16,335 nt of DNA, taken from Promethearchaeota archaeon (lineage in GTDB: Archaea > Asgardarchaeota > Odinarchaeia > Odinarchaeales > JBHLKK01). This document shows positions 8,468-15,684 of the stretch, one piece after another. Position 1 is the stretch's first letter, and every line of letters begins with the position of its first letter. The position numbers were made by a program, and so were the translations under genes. The stretch lies in assembly GCA_048939465.1 (NCBI GenBank), contig JBHLPL010000020.1, positions 6,534 to 22,868 on the forward strand. Direction: 5' to 3'. The notes beneath the pieces are model-generated. The model ran no database searches and was not told where the DNA came from. It worked only from the letters and a program-made list of their open reading frames with translations.

Positions 8468-9387
8468 AGACGTTAGACGTAATCTCTGTCGGAGCAGCAC
8501 TGATAGATATGGTTGCAATGGTGGAGAGATTTCCTCAAACAGATGACGAAGTCTATGTACCAGAGCTCAGAATAGGCAGCGGAGGATCTGCTGCAAATTT
8601 CGCTGTTGCCTGTTCAAGGCTTGGACTTAGAACAGGTTTCATAGGGAAAATTGGAGAGGATTTTCTCGGAGATCGCCTCATTAGGGATTTTGAGAGAGAA
8701 AGAGTCGATATTCAAGGCATTGTTCGAACGGGGAAGATCCATACGGGAATGGTTTACATTCCTGTCGATCCGAAGGGTAACCGAAGAATGTTTGCCTTCT
8801 CGGGAGCTGCTAACATGCTGGATCCTAAAGATCTTAAAAGTTCCTACATCGGTTCTACGCGGCTGCTTTGCGTTGCTAGCTTGAAGAACATTTCCGTTCT
8901 GGAGAGTGCAGCGGAGCATGCAAAAAGAAAGAAAACATTAGTCTCTCTAAATCCAGGTGCCTTAATAGCTGATCAAGGCTATGAGAAAACCAAAAGACTT
9001 CTATCAGCAACAGATATCTATATCTCATCTATGAATGAAGCAGGTCGTTTATTGAAGACAAAAGAACCCAAAGAAGCCATTAGGAAGCTTCTCCAGTTGG
9101 GAATAACCAAAGTAGCAATAACGTTGGGCTCCAAAGGGTGCATTGTTGCAGACAATCGAGAGCAGCATTCTGTTCCGAATTTTAAGGTGGAGCCTTTTGA
9201 CACAACTGGAGCAGGAGACGCCTTCACTGCAGGTTTTACTGCAGGGCTGCTCAGAGATCTAAATCTAGAAGAATGCGGAAGAATGGGTAATGCTACAGCT
9301 GCCTTGTGCATCACCCGGGTAGGCGCAAGAAACGGATTGCCAACTCTGAGTCAACTTGAGAAATTCTTAAAGGAGAATTCCCCATAG
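8464..9387 (+). CDS. PfkB/ribokinase-family kinase (sugar, sugar-phosphate or nucleoside kinase; substrate unknown)
   Basis: GGSAANFAVACSRLG (PfkB signature 1), GKIGEDFLG, ITLGSKG and DTTGAGDAF (anion hole with catalytic Asp). ATG 8464 overlapping the HAD stop (ATGA) is preferred over the track's GTG 8446. Confidence 0.9.
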   Translation: MKTLDVISVGAALIDMVAMVERFPQTDDEVYVPELRIGSGGSAANFAVACSRLGLRTGFIGKIGEDFLGDRLIRDFERERVDIQGIVRTGKIHTGMVYIPVDPKGNRRMFAFSGAANMLDPKDLKSSYIGSTRLLCVASLKNISVLESAAEHAKRKKTLVSLNPGALIADQGYEKTKRLLSATDIYISSMNEAGRLLKTKEPKEAIRKLLQLGITKVAITLGSKGCIVADNREQHSVPNFKVEPFDTTGAGDAFTAGFTAGLLRDLNLEECGRMGNATAALCITRVGARNGLPTLSQLEKFLKENSP

Positions 9388-9398
9388 AGGTGTGAAGA

Positions 9399-9839
9399 AT
9401 GAAGGATGAATCGAATAAGGCAATAGTGGCGATTATTGCTGGATCCAAATCTGATAAGAAGATTGTTGAAGCAACGGCGAGTGTGCTGGACAAGTATGAA
9501 GTATCTTATGAAACAAGATATCTCAGTGCTCACAGGAATCCTGAAGAGCTTAAGGATTATGTTCATCAAAGCCAAAATACCATTGACATATATATCTGCA
9601 TAGCCGGACTGGCTGCTCTCCTGCCAAGTTTTGTTGCGGCCCATACAAGGAAGCCGGTAATAGGTGTCCCTGTCAATGTACGGCTTGGGGGTTTAGATGC
9701 CTTGCTGTCCATTGTCCAAACCCCCTCGGGTGTGCCTATAGCTTGTGTAGGTATTGATAATGGGAAGAATGCTGCTCACCTCGCTATTAGAATACTCGCC
9801 TTAAAAGATAGACTTCTAAAACTAAAATTGGAGAGATGA
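9399..9839 (+). CDS. purE: PurE (N5-CAIR mutase / AIR carboxylase family)
   Basis: [33 protein letters not shown] and IDNGKNAA motifs. GAGGTG RBS at 9387-9392. Confidence 0.93.
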   Translation: MKDESNKAIVAIIAGSKSDKKIVEATASVLDKYEVSYETRYLSAHRNPEELKDYVHQSQNTIDIYICIAGLAALLPSFVAAHTRKPVIGVPVNVRLGGLDALLSIVQTPSGVPIACVGIDNGKNAAHLAIRILALKDRLLKLKLER

Positions 9840-9863
9840 TAAGAGAATAGGGGGGAAGATAGG

Positions 9864-11231
9864 TTGCCTGTTCATCCAATAGAATTCAGATACTATTCTG
9901 ATGAAATGCGAAACATCTTTACGGAGGAGCAGAAGCTTCAATTCTGGCTTGATGTTGAAGCAGCGCTGGCAAAGGCTCATGCTCAAGTTGGAAACATCCC
10001 TGCTCAGGCTGCCAAAGAGATTGCGGAAAAAGCAACAGTAAAACTCGTCAAATTGAAGCGAGTAAAGGAGATTGACAGACAAATTCATCATGACCTAATG
10101 GCCATGGTCAAGGCCTTCTCAGAAGTCTGCAGCGAAGAAGTAGCAGGTTATATTCATCTTGGTGCTACGAGCTACGACATAGAAGATACAGCGTTGGCTC
10201 TTCAGTTAAGAGCCGGTCTAAGAATTCTCAAAAAGGATTTAATGACTCTAAGAGAGGTTCTCGTTAAGCTGGCAAAAGATCATAAGAATACGATTTGCAT
10301 CGGTCGAACTCACGGACAACAAGCTCTGCCCTACACCTATGGAATGAAATTTGCCACATGGGCAAATGAGGTAGATCGTCACCTTGATAGATTGAAAGAA
10401 TGTGAAGGGCGAATACTTGTCGGAAAGATGTCTGGAGCTGTGGGAACTATGGCAGGCTTTGGGAAACAGGGATTTGAAATCCAAGAACTCGTCATGAAAC
10501 ATCTGAAACTGAAGGCATCTGAGATTACCAATCAGGTAGTTCAGCGAGACCGCCACGCAGAACTTCTCTCTTTACTAGCCCTGATTGCCGCCTCACTCAA
10601 CAAGTTCGCAAAGGAGATAAGGAATTTACAAAGAACTGAAATTGCTGAGGTCTTTGAACCTTTCAAGAAAGGACAAGTAGGCTCATCAACCATGCCTCAT
10701 AAACGAAATCCTCACAAAACCGAACGTATTTGCGGACTATACAGAGTCGTGGCCTCAAACGTATTTCCGGCGCTAGAAGATGTAGCACTGGAGCACGAAC
10801 GTGACATAACAAATTCCTCGGTTGAGCGGATAATAATCCCAGAAGGTTTCATCCTGCTTGATTACATGCTAAAACAGATGACAATGATTCTAAAGGGCTT
10901 AGAATTTAACTACGAGAATATCGAACGAAATCTTAACTTGACTCGAGGGCTGATCCTTGCTGAAAGAGTCATGATAGAATTGGTTAAGAAGGGAATCGGA
11001 AGGCAAGAAGCTCACGAAATACTTCGTCAATCTGCAATAAAAAGCTCCAAAGAAGGAACAAGTCTGAAGCAAGTTTTAATGACTCATCCAACTGTTTCAA
11101 AAGCTGCCAGCGGGGATGAACTTGATCATTGGCTGGATCCAAAGAACTATATTGGAACGGCGATTGAACAGGTTGATAGAGTCGTAGAACACCTGGAAGG
11201 CAAAAGACAGCTAGGAGGTAAAAGACGCTGA
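9864..11231 (+). CDS. purB: Adenylosuccinate lyase
   Basis: Archaeal-type N-terminus PVHPIEFRY; IHLGATSYDI, GRTHGQQA, GSSTMPHKRNP (fumarate-lyase signature) and HERDITNSS motifs. TTG start. Confidence 0.97.
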   Translation: MPVHPIEFRYYSDEMRNIFTEEQKLQFWLDVEAALAKAHAQVGNIPAQAAKEIAEKATVKLVKLKRVKEIDRQIHHDLMAMVKAFSEVCSEEVAGYIHLGATSYDIEDTALALQLRAGLRILKKDLMTLREVLVKLAKDHKNTICIGRTHGQQALPYTYGMKFATWANEVDRHLDRLKECEGRILVGKMSGAVGTMAGFGKQGFEIQELVMKHLKLKASEITNQVVQRDRHAELLSLLALIAASLNKFAKEIRNLQRTEIAEVFEPFKKGQVGSSTMPHKRNPHKTERICGLYRVVASNVFPALEDVALEHERDITNSSVERIIIPEGFILLDYMLKQMTMILKGLEFNYENIERNLNLTRGLILAERVMIELVKKGIGRQEAHEILRQSAIKSSKEGTSLKQVLMTHPTVSKAASGDELDHWLDPKNYIGTAIEQVDRVVEHLEGKRQLGGKRR

Positions 11232-12298
11232 GCAGAGAGCTATCCTACAAGGATGCAGGCGTAGATATTGAAAGAGCTCGACAGGCACACAGAAAAATCG
11301 AGGACCTCATTAAAGAGACATTTGATCTCAGGAAGGGGAAATTTGGCTCAATTCTTGGGGAATTTGGACACTATGCGGCACTTATTGACATAGGCGGCGA
11401 AAAGGCATTGGCCCTGCATACGGACAACGTGGGTACAAAAGTGTTTGTAGCCCAGCTAATGGACAGATATGATACCGTAGGTATCGACTGCGTAGCCATG
11501 AATGCCAACGATCTCATATGCGTGGGAGCTGAGCCAATAGCTTTGATAGATTATCTGGCAGTTCAGGAGTCCGACCCCCAGATGATCGCTGAAATCATGA
11601 AAGGACTAGTCATCGGAGCTAAGGAGGCAGGTATGATGATAATCGGTGGAGAGACCGCGATAGTTCCCGAGTTAATAAATGGAGTTCGAGAGCGAAAGGG
11701 CTTCGATCTCTCTGCCTTAAGCGTAGGGGTTGTTGAAAAGGACAAGGTCATTCTGGGCGAGGGAATCAGTGCAGGGGATGTTGTAATAGGTTTAAGAAGT
11801 ACCGGCATTCATTCTAACGGACTAACCTTGGCAAGAAAAGCTCTCTTAGAAAAAGCACAGCTATCGGTCCACGATAATCTGCCAGGAACGAACATAAAAA
11901 CTGGAATTGCTCTTTTGACGCCAACCAAGATTTATGTGAGAGAAATTCTGGCGACCATAGACGAGTTTGAAGTAACCGGGCTAGCCCATATAACTGGCGG
12001 TTCATTTTCGAAACTCGAAAGACTGACCAAGGGAAGAGTTGGCTTCGATCTTGATCAGATGCCTCAACCGCAACCAATATTTGACGCAATTCAGAGCGCA
12101 GGAAACGTATCCACGAAGGAAATGTATAGAACATTCAATATGGGTATTGGTTTCTGCATTGTCACTCCCCCAAGGAATGCAGGAGGAGTAATCGACATAT
12201 GCAAGAAACATGGATCCGAAACTCAAATCATCGGGAGGACTTCCAAAAGCCCAGGCGTCCGAATAAGGACGCATACCGGTGAAACAGTCAGTCTATGA
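11228..12298 (+). CDS. purM: Phosphoribosylformylglycinamidine cyclo-ligase (AIR synthetase), extended to a CTG start (356 aa)
   Basis: The frame upstream of the track's TTG 11408 reads SRELSYKDAGVDIERA...GEFGHYAAL, containing the conserved PurM YxxAGVD N-terminus. Also GTK, DCVAMNANDL, GGETA, STGIHSNGLTL, AHITGG and TFNMGIG motifs. Confidence 0.95.
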   Translation: MSRELSYKDAGVDIERARQAHRKIEDLIKETFDLRKGKFGSILGEFGHYAALIDIGGEKALALHTDNVGTKVFVAQLMDRYDTVGIDCVAMNANDLICVGAEPIALIDYLAVQESDPQMIAEIMKGLVIGAKEAGMMIIGGETAIVPELINGVRERKGFDLSALSVGVVEKDKVILGEGISAGDVVIGLRSTGIHSNGLTLARKALLEKAQLSVHDNLPGTNIKTGIALLTPTKIYVREILATIDEFEVTGLAHITGGSFSKLERLTKGRVGFDLDQMPQPQPIFDAIQSAGNVSTKEMYRTFNMGIGFCIVTPPRNAGGVIDICKKHGSETQIIGRTSKSPGVRIRTHTGETVSL

Positions 12299-12359
12299 AC
12301 TCCGTTTCTGATTCATCAGAGATATGTATATAGATCGAGATAAGCTTCGGTGAACGAAT

Positions 12360-13445
12360 TTGCCTACACGAAAAGAAATTCTTGAAGTTGTAGACCGTTA
12401 TGATCTTAAGAATGTAAGAGTAGCGACTTTGGGAAGCCATTCGGCTTTAAATATCCTGAAAGGAGCTAAAGACGAAGGTATCAAGACTATATGTATATGC
12501 GAAAAAGAACGAAAGAAGGTCTATGACCGGTTTCCCGTTGTAGGTAGATACATACTTGTGGATCACTTCAGAGACATACTAGAAGAATCGATACAAAAAG
12601 AATTGAGGAATCTTAATGGTCTGATAATCCCGCATGGATCCTTCAACTCCTATGTCGGCTCTGAGAATCTAGAGAAATTTTTTGCCGTACCAATCTTCGG
12701 AAACCGAGCACTACTCACGTGGGAATCACACCGTCAACTACAAGATAAGTGGTTGAAGAAAGCAGGCATAAGAACTCCGAAGACCTACAATACTCCCAGT
12801 GACATTGATAGAACTGCAATCGTTAAGTTTCCAAGAGCCAAAGGTGGAAGAGGCTATTTCCTCGCAGATGACGATGGAACGTACTATCGAAAAGCAAAGG
12901 AAATGCTGAAAAAAGGTTTAATAACCGAACAAGATCTCGAAGAACCTCAGATTCAGGAATATGTCATTGGCGCACCAATCTATCTGCACTACTTCTATTC
13001 CCCCCTCAAGCAACAACTCGAATTTATGGGTGCTGATAGGAGATATGAATCAACAATCGACGGCATCTCAAGGATACCAGCAAAAGACCAATTAGGTATG
13101 GACTTCGAATCAACCTATACCGTTGTGGCAAACTTCATAATAACCTTACGTGAATCACTTCTGCCGCAGGTTTTTGAAATCGGCGAAAAGACAGTGAAAG
13201 CGTCAAGAAAGGTCGCACCTCCTGGATTGATTGGGCCTTTCTGCTTGGAAACCATAGCTACTGAGAATCTTGAGCTAATTGCTTTCGAAATATCTTCACG
13301 AATAGTGGCAGGAATGAATGTTGGAATAGGATCCTCTCCGTACTCGTATATTCTATACGATGAGCCAATGTATGTAGGAAAGAGGATCGCCCGTGAAATA
13401 AAAGAAGCCATCCAGTCTGGTAGATTATCGGAAGTTCTTAGTTGA
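12360..13445 (+). CDS. purP: PurP family ATP-grasp formate--AICAR ligase (5-formaminoimidazole-4-carboxamide ribonucleotide synthetase)
   Basis: TLGSHSAL, IPHGSF, KGGRGYF, QEYVIG, DRRYES, GPFCLE and FEISSRIVAG motifs. TTG start with GGTGA RBS at 12349-12353. Confidence 0.9.
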   Translation: MPTRKEILEVVDRYDLKNVRVATLGSHSALNILKGAKDEGIKTICICEKERKKVYDRFPVVGRYILVDHFRDILEESIQKELRNLNGLIIPHGSFNSYVGSENLEKFFAVPIFGNRALLTWESHRQLQDKWLKKAGIRTPKTYNTPSDIDRTAIVKFPRAKGGRGYFLADDDGTYYRKAKEMLKKGLITEQDLEEPQIQEYVIGAPIYLHYFYSPLKQQLEFMGADRRYESTIDGISRIPAKDQLGMDFESTYTVVANFIITLRESLLPQVFEIGEKTVKASRKVAPPGLIGPFCLETIATENLELIAFEISSRIVAGMNVGIGSSPYSYILYDEPMYVGKRIAREIKEAIQSGRLSEVLS

Positions 13446-13449
13446 TGCA

Positions 13450-13460
13450 TTTTTAAAAAA
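13450..13460. terminator. Candidate bidirectional oligo(T) terminator (T5 followed by A6)
   Basis: TTTTTAAAAAA 4 nt after the purP stop, between convergent transcription units. It gives a T-tract on each strand, consistent with archaeal U-tract termination. Confidence 0.4.
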
Positions 13461-13510
13461 GAACCAGGGTCTTTTGTTAGTCAAAGCGCCTAAGGTTTAT
13501 ATGATTGGGT

Positions 13511-13555
13511 TATGATCCTGTTGACAGCTATGATCCTGTTGACCCTGTTGACAGC
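13511..13555. repeat. Imperfect short tandem repeat: TATGATCCTGTTGACAGC / TATGATCCTGTTGAC / CCTGTTGACAGC
   Basis: Read directly from the sequence. The core CCTGTTGAC occurs at 13517, 13535 and 13544. Confidence 0.9.
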
Positions 13556-13688
13556 AGAGTCAAACAGAGATTCACATATCTCAATGGTCAATTCACATCA
13601 GCTTACTCAAGCCAAACTCGATTCCGCGTGAGTTATTTTGCCATAATAGCCACGAGGAGTATTCAAGCTCAGTCACACGTTCTCAGAA

Positions 13689-15629
13689 TCACCTGGCTTT
13701 GTGTATTTCTTTCAGAGACTCTGGATTCTCAAGGGCTGATATGTCTCCAAGCTTCATTCTGAGAAAAGCAGCCTTTACCAGCCGTCTCATAATCTTGCCG
13801 GATCTTGTTCTTGGGAGATCTGCTAAGAACTTAATCTCTCTGGGCCTAAACGGCTTGCCCAACTGCTTGGCAACTTCTTCTCTCAGTTCGTTTCTTATCC
13901 GATCATCGGGCTCAGAGCCGGGCTTCAAGACCACAAAGCAGGCAATCTCCTCTCCTTTGACTTCGTGTGGCAATCCTATGCAGGCAGACTCATAAACAGC
14001 TGGATGCTCATTCAGGATCGACTCCACTTCCGCCGGTCCAACTCTCTTTCCTGCAACCTTTATGACATCGTCGACTCTTCCTCGGAGGAACCAGAAACCG
14101 TCTTTATCTATGTAGGCCAAGTCACCGTGATGCCAAATCCCTGGCCATTTCGACCAGTAGGTTTCAATATATCTTTTTGGATCCTTCCAAAAACCCCTTG
14201 TCATGGAAGGCGCTGGTTTCCTGCAGACGAGATGGCCAATTCCGCCCACTATTGGCTTCCCCTCTTCATCAAAAACATCTATATCCATACCCAGTCCAGG
14301 TCCGCCGAGGGTAGAAGGCTTAAGAGGCATTATGGGCAGTGGCAGCAGGAAACAACCAAAAATCTCTGTCCCACCGGAGAGATTTATTATTGGCGAATGT
14401 CCGCCGCCGACGGTCTCAAGAAGCCACATCCAGGTATCGGGATCAATGGGTTCGCCCGTGTTCCCGAGCATTCGAAGACTTTTCAAATCATGAAGCTTTA
14501 TCCATTCGTCTCCGTATTTTTTGAGCATTCTAAAAACAGTCGCCGAGCCTCCCAGAATAGAAATGTCAAAATCCTCAATCATTTTCCATATTCTGTCAGG
14601 TTTAGGGTGGTCTGGTGCCCCTTCGAATATCAAATGCGTACCACAAAGGTGTTGGACACCTATGATTTGCCAAGGACCCATCATCCATCCTATATCTGTT
14701 ATCCACGCAAAAACGTCTTCGTCCTTCAGATCAAGGTTGAAGTAAATCTCCTTTGAGGTTTGAAGCAGAGCTCCGATATGAGAGATTACGGCTCCTTTTG
14801 GCTTTCCTGTAGTACCAGATGTGTAGAGAAGGAGTGCTGGGTCATTAGCATCCATCCGCTCACACGGAGCCTCGCCTGACGAGTGGGAGACTGCTTCATT
14901 CCACCATAGGTCTCTTTCTTCTGACCAAGGAATATCTGTGCCAAGCCTTCTGTGAACAACAACTCTCTCAACCTTATTCGATTCTCTAACTGCTTGATTG
15001 GCCATCTCTTTGAGTTTTACAACTCGCCCTCTTCTGTAATACCCGTCTGCAGTTATCAATACTTTTGCTTCGGAGTCACGGAGTCTAATGGCTGCTGCGC
15101 TTGGAGCGAAACCAGAGAATATTGGTACAGATATGGCTCCGACTTTTATTGTTGCAAGCATTCCGATTACTGTCTCTGGAAACATGGGCATATAAAGAGC
15201 CACTGTATCGCCCTTGCCAACACCAATAGATTTCAAGCCATTGGCGAACCTATTGACTTCATAGTGTAAATCGCCATACGTGTACCTCTTGACTTCTCCG
15301 TTCTCTCCTATCCAAATCAGTGCAACCTTATCCCTGATCGGGGTGTTCGCATGTCTGTCAACGGTATTGTGAGCTACGTTGAGTTTGCCCCCGATAAACC
15401 ACTTGGCCCACTCAATGCCCTCGGAAGTATCCAAGAGTTTCTCGTACGGCTCAAACCACTCAATTCCCAAGTATTCTGTTACAGCTTCCCAAAACCATTC
15501 AATGTCTTCTGTCGACCTTCTGATGAGCTCTCTGTAGTCCCTTATGTTGTATTTATCCATGAAGGCCTTAACATTGCTGCGTGCAATAAGAGACTGGGGA
15601 GGATTCCACAAATAGCTCGTGCTCAACAT
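13689..15629 (-). CDS. Acyl-CoA synthetase, ANL superfamily (acetate--CoA ligase-like, acetoacetyl-CoA synthetase-like subgroup)
   Basis: YTSGTTGKPKG (A3), GEPID, NLSGGTE, WHHGD, GRVDDVIKVAGKR and PRTRSGKIMRR (A10 Lys) motifs, plus an ACS-type N-terminal extension. ATG 15629 behind a GGAGAGGT RBS is preferred over the track's 15686. Confidence 0.9.
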   Translation of the reverse strand: MLSTSYLWNPPQSLIARSNVKAFMDKYNIRDYRELIRRSTEDIEWFWEAVTEYLGIEWFEPYEKLLDTSEGIEWAKWFIGGKLNVAHNTVDRHANTPIRDKVALIWIGENGEVKRYTYGDLHYEVNRFANGLKSIGVGKGDTVALYMPMFPETVIGMLATIKVGAISVPIFSGFAPSAAAIRLRDSEAKVLITADGYYRRGRVVKLKEMANQAVRESNKVERVVVHRRLGTDIPWSEERDLWWNEAVSHSSGEAPCERMDANDPALLLYTSGTTGKPKGAVISHIGALLQTSKEIYFNLDLKDEDVFAWITDIGWMMGPWQIIGVQHLCGTHLIFEGAPDHPKPDRIWKMIEDFDISILGGSATVFRMLKKYGDEWIKLHDLKSLRMLGNTGEPIDPDTWMWLLETVGGGHSPIINLSGGTEIFGCFLLPLPIMPLKPSTLGGPGLGMDIDVFDEEGKPIVGGIGHLVCRKPAPSMTRGFWKDPKRYIETYWSKWPGIWHHGDLAYIDKDGFWFLRGRVDDVIKVAGKRVGPAEVESILNEHPAVYESACIGLPHEVKGEEIACFVVLKPGSEPDDRIRNELREEVAKQLGKPFRPREIKFLADLPRTRSGKIMRRLVKAAFLRMKLGDISALENPESLKEIHKAR

Positions 15630-15684
15630 CGATACCTCTCCTTCCCACTTGTCTAGCAAACGTCTGACTGATAAATACACGATC

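Noticed and set aside
11408-12298. purM as a 5'-truncated gene or pseudogene, as the ORF track implies
   Set aside because: The upstream frame is intact and encodes the conserved N-terminus with a well-placed RBS and CTG. There is no frameshift or stop between 11228 and 11408.
7204-12333. ATG-initiated minigenes overlapping the TGA stops of purF (6 codons), purE (4 codons) and purM (12 codons)
   Set aside because: An A before a TGA stop automatically creates ATGA. Most stops here are TGA and the DNA is A-rich, so these are expected by chance.
13511-13555. Repeat considered as a mini CRISPR array, MITE or IS remnant
   Set aside because: The units are 18 nt or shorter and directly adjacent with no spacers. 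There are no cas or transposase genes, terminal inverted repeats or target-site duplication.
13505-13762. 85-aa + strand ORF beginning MGYDPVDSYDPVDPVDS
   Set aside because: The N-terminal repeat simply reflects the DNA repeat. There is no RBS, it overlaps the acyl-CoA synthetase 3' end in antisense by 74 nt, and the rest is not protein-like.
6-15351. Many 60-260 aa ORFs antisense to or nested within the main genes (e.g. 523..945-, 4034..4390-, 6499..6855-, 8614..8919-, 11814..12134-, 13965..14756+, 14952..15269+)
   Set aside because: They lie wholly within well-supported genes on the opposite strand or another frame, show no recognisable motifs, and have the biased composition typical of shadow ORFs.
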